Of a stretch of DNA of 64,000 nt, positions 52,576 to 63,999 are shown one piece after another. Every line of letters begins with the position of its first letter. Positions within the stretch are counted from its first letter, which is position 1. Under the pieces are notes generated by a model. The model had not been told where the DNA came from. It made no database searches and saw nothing but the letters and a program-made list of their open reading frames with translations. Origin of the DNA: a virus. Lineage: Duplodnaviria > Caudoviricetes. The DNA lies in the IMG/VR virus record IMGVR_UViG_3300031857_000007; one strand, 5' to 3'. The position numbers and the translations under genes were made by a program.

Positions 52576-54218
52576 TATAGGTATTCCCACATATAAGATC
52601 TATCTCCATATTCATCAGTAAACCATCTATCGCCATCAACATCAACAAAACTTTCAGAATCTATTCCAGTAGAAACAAATCCAAATGGTGCCATATCTTG
52701 TTCTATTTGGTTTTTTTGTTCTTCGTAAAGCCTTTTTCGAACATCTTGATCTGTCAATTCTTTGAAATAGTCTTGTAAAACTAACCATGCATATATGACT
52801 AAACACATTGCCAAGTCGTCATTACATCCTTCCTCAGCTTCAAATGAATTATGTTTTTGAATAAAAGTTGTTAACTCGCTAATAATATCATAATCTTTTA
52901 TTAGTAGTTTATCTTCTTCTATAAGAGTCTTAAGATTTAAACAACCAACTTTTTTTACAGTCTTAGACATTTTGACTCCAAGTTGAGTCTTTTTACCGGA
53001 AAATCCTTGACCAACAATTTGACCAGCTCTTCCCCTCATGGAGCACATGAGAACATTTTGATATTCTAAATCATAGTTTAAAATTGAAGCTACTTGATCA
53101 CCAACGTCATTAACTTCACACAATATAAATGCCTTATTATAATTCTTGGCAATTTCATGTATAATGCTAGGAAATAACATTGGCTTTATTTCGTTGTTTT
53201 TATATTTTGCAACTACTTTATGCGGAAATGTTGTAATGTCAACGACAACGAAAGCGGAATAATCATTACCAACTCCTCTGGCAACGTCAACCGTTATCAA
53301 GTATTCATGATCTTCAATAACATCTTCGTATATATCTAAACCTGCACTTTTTGTAATAGCACTCTCATAAACCATATTTCTAAGTTTACTTGGTGCGATT
53401 AGAGTATCGACAGATCCTAGAAATTCGCATTCAAATTCAACTTTAAATTGTTGTTCTGAAGTGTTAGCAATTGTTTGTTGCTTCCATTTTTCATCCCTTC
53501 CGGGTACCTCAGACCAATGAACGTCGGTAGGAATGTATTCATTTTTCTTTCTTTCTGCATCATGCCAAATTTTATAAAAATGATTCATCCCGTGAGGGGT
53601 AGAAACAATAATTACTTTAGTATTCTTACCAGAAGAAATAGTAGGATAAACTGAACTGAAAAACTGATCAGCAATATGATTGGGAATAAAAGCAAATTCG
53701 TCGAGGAAGATAATGTTATATGATCCACCACGAACTGCGGATGCTGATGTAGAAGCAGCAATAATTTTTGATCCATTTTCTAACTCCAAAGACGCTTTGT
53801 TCCATGTCATAACACCCTGTTGTAACCACTTTGGGAGGTTCTCGTAAGCGGTCTGAAGGCGGTCTAAGAGATCTTTTGCGGTAGATGCCTTGTTAGCAAG
53901 TATTGCAATGTTAACGTTGTCATTGAAGATCGCATAATAAAGTAAATAAGATACAACAATCGTCGATTTTCCTGACTGACGAGGTAGTTTACATACATTA
54001 AATCTATAGTTGTGAAACCTCTCAATCATATTTTCTTGGAATGGATATGGCCTAAAGGGCTGCAATCCATGATCCAAAGTTACAATTTGAATATAATTCT
54101 TAGCAAAATATAATGGATCATTCTGACATCTAGCAAATTCTAAAACCTGATCTTCAGTAAATTCGACAATAGTATTTGCTTTTTTTAAAAGCGGATTGCC
54201 AAGATAATGTTCAGCCAT
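52575..54218 (-). CDS. gp17: terminase large subunit
   Basis: PRQSGKS, FLDEFAF, STPHG, DVARG, NDD. Confidence 0.97.
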   Translation of the reverse strand: MAEHYLGNPLLKKANTIVEFTEDQVLEFARCQNDPLYFAKNYIQIVTLDHGLQPFRPYPFQENMIERFHNYRFNVCKLPRQSGKSTIVVSYLLYYAIFNDNVNIAILANKASTAKDLLDRLQTAYENLPKWLQQGVMTWNKASLELENGSKIIAASTSASAVRGGSYNIIFLDEFAFIPNHIADQFFSSVYPTISSGKNTKVIIVSTPHGMNHFYKIWHDAERKKNEYIPTDVHWSEVPGRDEKWKQQTIANTSEQQFKVEFECEFLGSVDTLIAPSKLRNMVYESAITKSAGLDIYEDVIEDHEYLITVDVARGVGNDYSAFVVVDITTFPHKVVAKYKNNEIKPMLFPSIIHEIAKNYNKAFILCEVNDVGDQVASILNYDLEYQNVLMCSMRGRAGQIVGQGFSGKKTQLGVKMSKTVKKVGCLNLKTLIEEDKLLIKDYDIISELTTFIQKHNSFEAEEGCNDDLAMCLVIYAWLVLQDYFKELTDQDVRKRLYEEQKNQIEQDMAPFGFVSTGIDSESFVDVDGDRWFTDEYGDRSYMWEYL

Positions 54219-54233
54219 AATAAAACCTATTTT

Positions 54234-55982
54234 TTAATTACAATTCCAACGTCTTAATGCTTTATTGATTCTTGAATCTGGATCTCTTGAAGTTTCTGCA
54301 GAAGTTAATTTTGACTTCATACCCTTCATTCTGCGGCAAAAAGACTTACGACGATCAGCTCTTTTTCCTGTGGGATTTTTTTCAGTTACTGCAGTTTGTA
54401 ACTTTGAACCTGGATTTTCTTTGCGATATGCATTGACTGCTTTTTGACTTAAACCGTCAGTTTTATCTTTACGGTTGACTGATTGCCAATCTTCTCCAAG
54501 TTCAACTTCTTCCCCCATAGGTTTTACATAATTTTTATTTGGACCTAATTTTGCATAACTTGCCCCATTTGGTGCAATTGTTTGTATTAGGGGTTGATTT
54601 GAAGAGATTTCAGAAACCGAATAATAAAGTATAGAAGAACCCGGATATATCTTTTGAAGCTCGATATTTATTTCTTTTCTCGTTGGTAATTTTATTTGTG
54701 GAAAAAATATTTTTATAGAATAATATTTTCCTCTCCAAGTAAGAGTAACTTCAACAACATTTCCTGATTGTGGTGCCAATCTTGTAGCTTCCTCTAATTT
54801 ATTTTCATCGGAAACAATAGGATCTGGAGTTATTAAATCTATAATCTCAGCAAATGTATTTCCATCAGCATCTTCAATTGTTACGTTTTCTTTTTTGACG
54901 CATTTATTATATTTTTTGCCAAATAGTTTTTGAGTTCCTTTCTTTTCATATCCAGACCAACATTTCATTTCATCGAGTATTTTATTTACCAGTGTTTGTT
55001 CTTCCATTTCTCCGCTGGCAACATAATCTGCTGCAGTATCAATATAATCTGCTGCTTTTGTAATCTTGGACTGTACCCATGCTTCAAGATTTCCTTCACC
55101 TTTTCCCACTTTTGCATTTAGTCTCTTTGCTGCATTCATAAGTGTTTCAAGTTCTGATCTAACCATTGAATATTCTTCATCTTTAACAGAAACTTTGTCC
55201 CATGCTTTTTCTCCATAAGAGCATTCGGATCTTGTTTCTCTTTTATTGCACAGAGGACAATATCTTTCTTCTTCTTGCATGGTTTCTTCCGATTTAGTTC
55301 CCCAGTTTGAAGCGCCAACTTTACGACATTTGACAAGTGCTCCAGATGCATATGCACTTGGCCAAACGTCATAACGTGACTTTACTTTATGATAACAAGC
55401 ATCCTTTTTGCCACTACCTTTGCTTGGTTTATCTTTTACTTCTTGTAAGTTCATTTCTTCGGTTTTGACATTGGTTGGTTTAGATCCGCCAGTTTTTTCT
55501 GGCTGATTAGGATCTAGTCTATTCTTTCTTCTTCTTGCTGCTTCTTCTTCATCCTTAGAAAGTGCTCTTTTCATTTTAGAACTACCACACTTTGGTGTAG
55601 AAGTTTGTCCTGGTTGACGAGCGCATGGTTTTCCTGCCCATTTTCCACCAAGTTGAACCCACCCACTTTTTCCATCTGAAGATTTTGATTTATTAAACCA
55701 ATCATGAAGACCATCATCACCGGATTTAGTTTCTTCTTTTACATCTTTAAACTTTTTGTGGTGTTTCTTGGCATCCGCTTCCATTTTTTTCAAACGAGTG
55801 TAATAATCTGGAATTTCATCAAGATGTTGCAAAGCAATATCTCTTGCAAGATCATGGTCTTTTGTATGCTCATGCTCAATAGGCTCTCCCATTTTCAATT
55901 GCTTTTCTATAAAACTTACATCTAACCGATGTTTCTTAGCAATCTGTTCAACTGTTTTATGGGACTTTAATTTAGTAGGCAT
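54234..55982 (-). CDS. multi-module late (probably virion) protein
   Basis: TATAAATA at 56004-56011; modules ALQHLDEIPDYYTRL, KDACYHKVKSRY..WPSAYAS, SFCRRMKG. Confidence 0.8.
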   Translation of the reverse strand: MPTKLKSHKTVEQIAKKHRLDVSFIEKQLKMGEPIEHEHTKDHDLARDIALQHLDEIPDYYTRLKKMEADAKKHHKKFKDVKEETKSGDDGLHDWFNKSKSSDGKSGWVQLGGKWAGKPCARQPGQTSTPKCGSSKMKRALSKDEEEAARRRKNRLDPNQPEKTGGSKPTNVKTEEMNLQEVKDKPSKGSGKKDACYHKVKSRYDVWPSAYASGALVKCRKVGASNWGTKSEETMQEEERYCPLCNKRETRSECSYGEKAWDKVSVKDEEYSMVRSELETLMNAAKRLNAKVGKGEGNLEAWVQSKITKAADYIDTAADYVASGEMEEQTLVNKILDEMKCWSGYEKKGTQKLFGKKYNKCVKKENVTIEDADGNTFAEIIDLITPDPIVSDENKLEEATRLAPQSGNVVEVTLTWRGKYYSIKIFFPQIKLPTRKEINIELQKIYPGSSILYYSVSEISSNQPLIQTIAPNGASYAKLGPNKNYVKPMGEEVELGEDWQSVNRKDKTDGLSQKAVNAYRKENPGSKLQTAVTEKNPTGKRADRRKSFCRRMKGMKSKLTSAETSRDPDSRINKALRRWNCN

Positions 55983-56023
55983 TTAAACAAAATCGACCAT
56001 TATTATTTATAGATAGATCTTAC

Positions 56024-56836
56024 TTAACGCCAAAATTCATATCCTTTATATTTGCTTAAAATATATGGAGATAAAATAGATTTTGGATCTACTGACTTTT
56101 TTTCTAATTTTTTTCTAACATCATGTAAACCTTCTATGCCGTAAATCAAATCATTTGGTTTATTTTTTTGACGTATATTATTAAAGTCATGTTTAAAGTA
56201 TTCTAATCCCAAAAAATCATATACACCTTTTATAGTAGATTCTGGATCGCTAGTTAAATCGTTGTATTCTATCAAATGAAATTTATTTTTATTTTCCGGA
56301 AGCAAAGATTGACTCAAAGAAAATAATTCTTGATCCATTGGATTTTTTGGAGACATTAAAAAATCACATCTAACATCATCTACCGGTCTATAAAAAAACA
56401 TTTCTGCTTTAGAAATGTCTCTGTCAATTACTGATTGTAAACTTGGATTTTTGTGTACTAAACTAATGAAAGAAGATAAGATTTCTAATATATCCCTTAC
56501 TGGACATAAAATTTTCACATCTTCAGTAATAAACCTTTCAATCATTTGCAAATTAAAAGGTGTTCCCCAAGATCTTTGCTTATCAATAATATATTTTTTG
56601 TCAATATGAGAATAATAATTTTCTATAATAGAGGAACATACCTTTTTATATCCTAAAAAATTTTCATCGGCAGCATATTGCTCAGAAGATTCGAATGTTT
56701 TGTGAGTATTAAACATTAAATCACAAACAGGAGAGTCATTGCTCGCATAAATGTTTGGATTCTGATTTAAAATTGCAGCAAGAAGTGTTGATCCACTCCT
56801 TGGCAATCCTGCCATAAAAAAATAAGTTTTCTTCAT
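56024..56836 (-). CDS. sulfotransferase-family protein
   Basis: GLPRSGST PAPS loop, VRD..EILSS, IEYNDL. Confidence 0.88.
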   Translation of the reverse strand: MKKTYFFMAGLPRSGSTLLAAILNQNPNIYASNDSPVCDLMFNTHKTFESSEQYAADENFLGYKKVCSSIIENYYSHIDKKYIIDKQRSWGTPFNLQMIERFITEDVKILCPVRDILEILSSFISLVHKNPSLQSVIDRDISKAEMFFYRPVDDVRCDFLMSPKNPMDQELFSLSQSLLPENKNKFHLIEYNDLTSDPESTIKGVYDFLGLEYFKHDFNNIRQKNKPNDLIYGIEGLHDVRKKLEKKSVDPKSILSPYILSKYKGYEFWR

Positions 56837-56862
56837 AATTTCAATAATATAGAAATTGTAGT

Positions 56863-57081
56863 TTATTTTTTAGAATTTTCTTGAGTATTAGTTGCTTCCT
56901 TTGCATCTCCAGAGCCAGAGGTATCTTGAACAAGCATACTCAAAACGTCTCTAGATCCTAAAAGACGTACAAACCTTTCTTTTAGTGAAGATAGTTTCTG
57001 CTCTTCTAAAGTGATTTCTTTTTGAAGTTCTTCTAGTTGTTGTTGAACAGTATCAAAAAGTTGTTGATGATTTTGTTCCAT
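56863..57081 (-). CDS. small coiled-coil protein
   Basis: 72-aa ORF. Confidence 0.65.
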   Translation of the reverse strand: MEQNHQQLFDTVQQQLEELQKEITLEEQKLSSLKERFVRLLGSRDVLSMLVQDTSGSGDAKEATNTQENSKK

Positions 57082-57127
57082 GTCGTTTACCTATTAATTA
57101 ATAATAATTAAAATTCAATACTATTTA

Positions 57128-57562
57128 TCAGTCTTCTATAGCATCCTTATAATATTCTGTAGTTTTCAGGTGATTATATGCCTGGGTTAAAATAGAATCG
57201 GGACTATCCGGATCTATGAAGAATAAAACCTTAAAGTCTTTGCCAGACGTTGCAAATTGACAATCAACGTTCACTTCAGTTGGTGAAGTTGCCAAGGCTC
57301 CTATTGGTTTTTTTCCATCAGTTCTTGCTTGCTTTGAAGAATAAACCTCAATTGCAATTCTTCCAATGTATCCAGATTTCCAATAAACAAATTGAGATTC
57401 ATCCGTATCGTCTCTAACACTCAGACCACTTGGTTGGGTGGGATCTGGTGGTGGTAAAATATCACTAAGTCTTTTTTCTGTGGCAACATTTACTATAATA
57501 TGATATGCATCATTTACAACAAGTCCACTTCCAGGAATTTCAAAGTCTCTAATCAATGCCAT
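57128..57562 (-). CDS. hypothetical protein, possible tail-fibre assembly/accessory
   Basis: Directly downstream of fibre gene. Confidence 0.65.
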   Translation of the reverse strand: MALIRDFEIPGSGLVVNDAYHIIVNVATEKRLSDILPPPDPTQPSGLSVRDDTDESQFVYWKSGYIGRIAIEVYSSKQARTDGKKPIGALATSPTEVNVDCQFATSGKDFKVLFFIDPDSPDSILTQAYNHLKTTEYYKDAIED

Positions 57563-57566
57563 TTTA

Positions 57567-60014
57567 TTATTCTCCTAGTTTGCTTTTTAAAATTTCAATT
57601 TCTTCCTTCAATGTATTTATTATTTCAGTCTGTTCTTTAAATGCTTCTATGAATAGACCTGCAAAGTTTCCATAAGAAACGCCATATTCGTCAATATCTT
57701 TTGCATGAGTTACTACTTCGGGAAGAACCATTTCAACTTCTTGTGCAATAACTCCAATTTGACGTGTTTTTGTTTCATCGTCGATTTTATTATAAAATAC
57801 ACCTCTTAATTTGGATATAGTGTCTAATGCATTATCAACAGTAACTATATTTTCTTTCTTTCTTACATCAGAATATGCAACAATATTTGCTGTTGAATAA
57901 ATTCCTTTATCTACATATAATCCATATGAAGATGAAGTTGTGGAAGTATTGATTCCCATACAAACATTGGATAGGAGGTAATATGCATACCATCTCCCAC
58001 TTCCTTCTCTATACCAACCACCATTTCCACCACTATCCCACATATCAGCAACGCCACCATGGCTATACCAAATACCGGTATATCCATTCCTATTTCCGTC
58101 AACTCTCCATGCGGCATAACTACTACCAGTGTTGGGATAAATGTGAGCACTATTGGTATCCGAATAAAATCCAGTAGTATTGGTATACAACCAATTATAC
58201 TTGTACATGTAGTTTGAACCCCCATTAATTTGGAAGACCAAAGTATCATCATTATAATCTCTCTTAAACCTTATGCCATCATATCCAGAGTTTGCTGCCA
58301 TAGTAACTCCAGTATGATACTGGACTATGAGATCTGGATATGGATATGACCATCCACCAGTTTCTTGGAATCCAAGACTATATGGATATGAAGATCTTGT
58401 CCACCCACTGTTACCACCAGGCACATAAGGTGTTATTGGCCCAGTATTGACAATTTGATAATTTTGAAGTTGAAGTTCTCTTGTATAAAGAGTTTTGTAA
58501 ATTTCTGCTGATGATGTTGTTGTTCTGTAAGACCAGTTACCGGCAGAATCTAATAAACCAAAACCACTAGTGTCATGATAGACATAACCATAAATTGTGC
58601 TTCCATATCCAGCTCTAAATCTAATACCACCAGTAGTACTGCTACTAGTTGCGCTGTTCCAATAATTTGCAGAATCTGAATACCAATGAAGGGCAGTTGC
58701 TTGATTATATAATCCTTCACCTGAATCATTATTTCGGAACCAACCATTATTATAAATGTCATTACCAGTTCCACTTGATGCTGCAATAGCGTATGATGTA
58801 TAATTTGAAGAATCTAGGACAGCTCTCCAAGATTGCCAAGTTCCATTATTTTTTCCTCGTATTGCAATTTGACCAGTTCTATAGTCTCCATAAATTTGAT
58901 GAATCCAGTTCGAACTATATGCCTGTGAGTATAGTGCTCCATCAGTTTGGCTGTATAGTGAAATATTGGTATTGACGTAAGCAAGACCATTATTTGTTAC
59001 ACTATCTGCTGCTACTGGATTTGAACTGTTAGAATTTGTAAATCCAGATAAGTTGGAAGCAGTTGTTGCAGTTGTTGAGTTTCCACTTAAAGTAGCTGTA
59101 ATTGTTCCTGCACTAAAATTCCCAGATCCATCACGCTGAACAACAAAATTTGCAGTATTTGCACTAGTTGCATTGATACCAATAGTAACTGCTGACGAAT
59201 TATTATATGAAGTTCCAGTTAATGGTGAAGATATTGTTAAAGTATTTGCTAGCGGCCTTTGCCATACTCCAGAATCATTCCAAAGTAGTAAATCACTAGC
59301 AACGTTCCAAGATGAAGTTCCATTATTTGACGCATACCATTTTACGCCACTACCTGGACTTAATGCAAATAATTGGTTATCATTATCTCCGGAAGGAGCA
59401 GATTGTACCCAAGAACCATCCTGATAATAAGTATTGGAGCTTAAATATATTTCTCCATTCCAAGCAAGAACTCCAAATGAAGATTGTGATGGCTTTTTAA
59501 TTAAAAGTTGAGAATCATTATCTCCAACAGTACCATTAACAACTAATGGTGAAGATCCCAAAGCAGTTCCGTTACCAGCAACTAAAACTGCAGCAGTAGT
59601 TATTCCTGAAGAGTTTATGTTGGAAAATACACCATTTGTACTTGATAAGTTTGAAATGGTGGTTATTCCAGAAGTAAATAAACTATTACCCAAAACATGA
59701 AGTTTTGAGGTTGCTCTAGTGTGACCTATTGCTACATTCGAACTATATGCACCAAGACTTACATTTCCATTTGCATTTACATCAATACTGGGAATACCGG
59801 AAACATCATTTACAGAAAAAATGCTTCCTGCGGTAAGGTTGTTACTTATAGAAAATAATTGACCAGCAGATCCTTCAAAACTTAAAGTTCCGTATGAATC
59901 GTCTAAGACTTTAAGAGAAATTGTAGTATTGCCAAATCCAGTAAAATCAATTTCTGGTTGAGCAGATTGATTTTTATTCGGAGTTATGACTATATTTTTA
60001 TCAGAATTAGCCAT
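57567..60014 (-). CDS. tail fibre with C-terminal intramolecular chaperone (peptidase S74-like)
   Basis: SDVRKKENI...IGVIAQEV...PEVV...VSYG. Confidence 0.88.
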   Translation of the reverse strand: MANSDKNIVITPNKNQSAQPEIDFTGFGNTTISLKVLDDSYGTLSFEGSAGQLFSISNNLTAGSIFSVNDVSGIPSIDVNANGNVSLGAYSSNVAIGHTRATSKLHVLGNSLFTSGITTISNLSSTNGVFSNINSSGITTAAVLVAGNGTALGSSPLVVNGTVGDNDSQLLIKKPSQSSFGVLAWNGEIYLSSNTYYQDGSWVQSAPSGDNDNQLFALSPGSGVKWYASNNGTSSWNVASDLLLWNDSGVWQRPLANTLTISSPLTGTSYNNSSAVTIGINATSANTANFVVQRDGSGNFSAGTITATLSGNSTTATTASNLSGFTNSNSSNPVAADSVTNNGLAYVNTNISLYSQTDGALYSQAYSSNWIHQIYGDYRTGQIAIRGKNNGTWQSWRAVLDSSNYTSYAIAASSGTGNDIYNNGWFRNNDSGEGLYNQATALHWYSDSANYWNSATSSSTTGGIRFRAGYGSTIYGYVYHDTSGFGLLDSAGNWSYRTTTSSAEIYKTLYTRELQLQNYQIVNTGPITPYVPGGNSGWTRSSYPYSLGFQETGGWSYPYPDLIVQYHTGVTMAANSGYDGIRFKRDYNDDTLVFQINGGSNYMYKYNWLYTNTTGFYSDTNSAHIYPNTGSSYAAWRVDGNRNGYTGIWYSHGGVADMWDSGGNGGWYREGSGRWYAYYLLSNVCMGINTSTTSSSYGLYVDKGIYSTANIVAYSDVRKKENIVTVDNALDTISKLRGVFYNKIDDETKTRQIGVIAQEVEMVLPEVVTHAKDIDEYGVSYGNFAGLFIEAFKEQTEIINTLKEEIEILKSKLGE

Positions 60015-60063
60015 TTTTTAATACTTTCCTAAATTTATTTATGGATTGTGTTTGATGCTGGAA

Positions 60064-63000
60064 TTAATATTCAACTATTAGTCTTTCAACGTCTTTTCTT
60101 TCACCATAAACAACAAAGAAATATTCAATTGGACCATTTTCTTTTGAAAATACGTAAACTTTATTGTTATCAATCTTTAAGACTCTTGGAGTCGGACTGT
60201 TACCGATTGGGGTTAAAGATACTGTTATACTATCGTCATGTACAAGTTCTGTCCAATAATCTGGAAGTTCAATCACGGTTTCTGTTGATTTTCCTCTTAC
60301 ATATACTCCGTTTTCTGGACCTTCAAGAGATCCATAACGTAGAGTCATTCCCTCTTTAGTTGGGTGTGGAATTACGAAAGATTTTGTGGTTGCATTTAAT
60401 GCTCCAGTGATTGTTAGACCACTAGATTGCCATGTTCCCCAATTTCCACTTGCACCAAAATAAAGATTGCTGGTTCTTCTATATCCAAAGTACAAGCTTC
60501 CAGTTCCACCCAAAGCACCTGCATTAATCTCATTAGAGAATAGAGAAACGCCACCGGAAGCATTAACTTCAAAAGCTCTATCTGTTGAAGGAACAGTTAT
60601 CGATGCTGCCACACTAAATGCACCAGCACCAGTCAAAGTTGCTGCTAAAGTAGTGCCACCATACCACTTAAATTGTTCAGAAGTTGTTGGAACAGAATTC
60701 CACAATGTGGATCCTTCAATACCCAATGCATAATCTACTGCAGAAGCTGCAATATTGTTATAAAGAACGATCTTAGTGCCGGCACTTCTTGTTGTAAATG
60801 CAGGAGCAGCAACACCAGTTGTACCAAAGTTTATCCAATTGTTTGTTGCTCCACTAAATGTTAACTGAGCAGAACTGGTTGATCCAGAACCATTTAAAGT
60901 TAAACCAGATGCTGTAACAGATCCAGCACTAAAGTTGCCCGAACCGTCTCTTCTAACAATTCTATTTGCAGTATTTGCAGTATCAGTAACATACCCCTCT
61001 AACTGAGAAGCATTTAGGTTAGTAACCTGTGTTGTTGAGCTAACAACTAGTGGAGCAGTTCCTGTGGAAACTGTAGACACAAACTGAGATGCTGTTGATA
61101 TGCCAGAATAATTTGAGTTTGTTCCACTAACTGCAGTTATTATACCAACGTTGGCATATGCATTATTTGTATAAACATTGGTAAAGTTTCCATTAGTAAA
61201 TGTTGCTCCAACACCAGTAGCATTTCCTGATAAAGTTGCAGTTACTGTTCTTGCAGCAAAATCTCCATTAGAGTCTCTTCTAACAATTCTATTTGCTGTA
61301 TTTGCAGTATCTGTCACGTATCCTTCAAGATATGAAGCATTCAGATTTGTAACTTGTGTAGTTGAAGTTACTGTAAGTGGAGCAGTTCCCGATGCTATAT
61401 TAGAAATTAATCTTGTACCTTCAACAGTTCCAGTTATCGTGAGATTGCTGGAATTGTCTAGTGTCATTGCTACGGAACCACCAGATCCTGGATCATTCTG
61501 ACTATCACTATGCGATCCGCCACGATGCCAAGAGAATCTAGAAGCAGATCTAAAGTATAATGTACTGCTTTGTACACCCAATCCATAATCGGTGCTCCAA
61601 AGATTAAGCATCTGTCTAGTGGCAGATCCAAACGACAATGATGCAGGATTAGATATGGTAACGTTGTCAGTAAATGCTCCTGTAGTTCCAGTGATATCAG
61701 CAGCAACTAATCCTCCAGTTGCATTTCTTAGTGCAATAGTATTTGAAGTTGCTGATGCCGAAGAAGAATACCCATTAAGATATTGTGTATTTAAATTTGT
61801 AACCTGTGTTGTTGAGCTAACAACTAATGGGGCAGTTCCAGTAGAAACTGTGGAATGTATAGTTGTTGCTGATATTGAACCACCAATAGAAACGTTTCCA
61901 GAAGAATCTAATGTAAGTCTGTTTGTTCCAACAGAGTTTCTTGCAATTAAGTTGCTAGTAAACTGTAAGTATAGGTTATTTGAAGAATACTGAATTTTTG
62001 CTGCCTTTTCACCTGTCCAAGTTCCTGATGTAAATATAATATCTTTGTTTGCAGGAACTGCAAAAGACGCAGTTACGGTTCCACCAATTGAAGGATTCGT
62101 TGTTAATTCATATGCAGAACCATTTCCAACAAGAATTGCGCCGTCTGATGGAAGAGCTGATAATCCAGTTCCACCCTTTGTGATAGGAATATTTCCAACT
62201 AAATTGTTCGTGTCGAGATAATATGATCCAGATTGTCCACCTAAAGTTGCAGCATCAACATCACCCGTTGCAGAATTTTTAATAGAAACTTGTCCGTCGT
62301 CACCTATACTGAAAGTTGAAGTTTTAAACTTAGATACACCAAGAGTTGAGAAACTATCTAGAGTTTGCTCTACTCTGTTTAGTTTCAAATTTAAATCTCC
62401 ATAGTGTGTTGTAACTCCAGAAGCGGATTCAAAACTAGAACCAACAATGGTTACTGGTTCGGTCGTTGCAATTCCTACGGATTTTACTACTTTTCTGTAA
62501 CTAGAGTCTCCGGACAAGAATGTATCTGAGTTTGCACTTCCACTACCCAATCTTGTTGGTGAGATTGTACCACTGGTTATGTTTGCAGCGTCAATACTAC
62601 CCGATGCCAGAATACTCCAGTTATTTGGATCAGCAGAAGAAGTATTTACGGTTGACTCATATGCAACATTTTGTTTTGTGAATGTTACAAATCCAGAAGA
62701 AGGAACTGCAGTAATATTAACTGGATTATAAAGAAGTCCATTAATCGATACTAAAGATGCTGCTTGTGTTGTATGTAGTGTAAATGAGTTGGTTGTTGCA
62801 GATCCGACAAAGTAGAAACTATTTGTATTGATTCCTGTTGGGGTTGCACCACTAGCTCTTACTGCATCACCAACACTAAACCCATGATTTACAAATACTA
62901 TCTGATCAGTATCAACATTGACTCCTCTTCTCGTTAGGGAATGAGTTCCTGTTCCGCTAGTAGCTAGGTCTTTCTTAGTAGAAAGTGCATAAGTTGTATA

Positions 63001-63999
63001 AAGTTCAACAGAACTGATTCCAACCTTTTTGACATAATATGTCGTACCATTAATCAGATCTCCTAAAAGATTTCCACCTCCTGTAGAATAAACAACTGGA
63101 TCTCCATCGGCAAAACTTGTAACACCAACAATAATCCTGTCATTTGCAAAGTCTATATCGCCACCAGTAGAAAAATCGGTTGGATCAAATGTCACTGAAT
63201 AATTTGCTGCTACAGTAGTTGCTATACCAACAGCATCTCTATCTTCAATATAATCTGTAATTAAATTCGAACCTGGGAATTTCTGATTATTTGTTAACTT
63301 CAAATAAAGTCTAGTTTCTACAGTATTGACAGAAACTGTAAAATCAGATCCACCACTTCTACCACCAATTAAAACCGGATTATTTACAGTTAGACTATCT
63401 CCCTGAACATATCCTCTTCCACCATAATCAATATCGACACTTGTGACAGTTCCTCCACCACCAACTGTAATCGTCGCTCTTGCACTTGTTCCAATTCCAG
63501 TAATACTATTCAGTGTTACGCCAGTATAAATTCCTGGATTTGTATATCCAGATCCTCCAACCAAACTGGTTGTTGTTAACAACACACCTTTAACAAGTCC
63601 AGTTGTTCCATATCCAACCGAAGTTGGTGTGGTAACAATACCAATGGCACCACCCGCAGATGTTGTACTCGTAACTATATCTCCATTTTGGAAGTTATAA
63701 TTTCTTGTGTTGTTATTTAAAATTAAATACTGACCATATACGTCGGATATGAGAACATATCCACTATCGGGTTCAATTACAGTATCACCATTTGCCAAAT
63801 TAATTGCTGGAATTTGATCAACTAAAGTAGTTCTTCCGCCAGAAACATTTGCCCTATAGTAGTTAACAACCTTAGGTGGTATAAGATCCGGATTAATTTG
63901 ACCAATAGAATTTAGTTGAACAATAGAACTTGGGACAGCATTAGTTGAAACTGACTTATCGATAAAGTCGCCAAGTCTATTGTTCAGGAAAGAACGAAC
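60064..63999 (-). CDS. long tail fibre-like protein, 5' end beyond the window
   Basis: Frame is open from 63999 (VRSFLNNRLGDF...) through the listed 1244 aa; Gly/Ser/Thr rich; internal repeats; C-terminal KSFVIPHP...LEGPE domain. Confidence 0.85.
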   Translation of the reverse strand, partial: VRSFLNNRLGDFIDKSVSTNAVPSSIVQLNSIGQINPDLIPPKVVNYYRANVSGGRTTLVDQIPAINLANGDTVIEPDSGYVLISDVYGQYLILNNNTRNYNFQNGDIVTSTTSAGGAIGIVTTPTSVGYGTTGLVKGVLLTTTSLVGGSGYTNPGIYTGVTLNSITGIGTSARATITVGGGGTVTSVDIDYGGRGYVQGDSLTVNNPVLIGGRSGGSDFTVSVNTVETRLYLKLTNNQKFPGSNLITDYIEDRDAVGIATTVAANYSVTFDPTDFSTGGDIDFANDRIIVGVTSFADGDPVVYSTGGGNLLGDLINGTTYYVKKVGISSVELYTTYALSTKKDLATSGTGTHSLTRRGVNVDTDQIVFVNHGFSVGDAVRASGATPTGINTNSFYFVGSATTNSFTLHTTQAASLVSINGLLYNPVNITAVPSSGFVTFTKQNVAYESTVNTSSADPNNWSILASGSIDAANITSGTISPTRLGSGSANSDTFLSGDSSYRKVVKSVGIATTEPVTIVGSSFESASGVTTHYGDLNLKLNRVEQTLDSFSTLGVSKFKTSTFSIGDDGQVSIKNSATGDVDAATLGGQSGSYYLDTNNLVGNIPITKGGTGLSALPSDGAILVGNGSAYELTTNPSIGGTVTASFAVPANKDIIFTSGTWTGEKAAKIQYSSNNLYLQFTSNLIARNSVGTNRLTLDSSGNVSIGGSISATTIHSTVSTGTAPLVVSSTTQVTNLNTQYLNGYSSSASATSNTIALRNATGGLVAADITGTTGAFTDNVTISNPASLSFGSATRQMLNLWSTDYGLGVQSSTLYFRSASRFSWHRGGSHSDSQNDPGSGGSVAMTLDNSSNLTITGTVEGTRLISNIASGTAPLTVTSTTQVTNLNASYLEGYVTDTANTANRIVRRDSNGDFAARTVTATLSGNATGVGATFTNGNFTNVYTNNAYANVGIITAVSGTNSNYSGISTASQFVSTVSTGTAPLVVSSTTQVTNLNASQLEGYVTDTANTANRIVRRDGSGNFSAGSVTASGLTLNGSGSTSSAQLTFSGATNNWINFGTTGVAAPAFTTRSAGTKIVLYNNIAASAVDYALGIEGSTLWNSVPTTSEQFKWYGGTTLAATLTGAGAFSVAASITVPSTDRAFEVNASGGVSLFSNEINAGALGGTGSLYFGYRRTSNLYFGASGNWGTWQSSGLTITGALNATTKSFVIPHPTKEGMTLRYGSLEGPENGVYVRGKSTETVIELPDYWTELVHDDSITVSLTPIGNSPTPRVLKIDNNKVYVFSKENGPIEYFFVVYGERKDVERLIVEY
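60940..61860 (-). repeat. intragenic repeats in tail fibre
   Basis: (S)GTAPL.V.STTQVTNLN three times, YLEGYVTDTANTANRIVRRD-like unit twice. Confidence 0.8.

Noticed and set aside
7891-54218. Introns or inteins in nrdA, nrdB, gp43, gp41, uvsX, gp17, gp20
   Set aside because: All are single ORFs of normal length without splice or intein motifs
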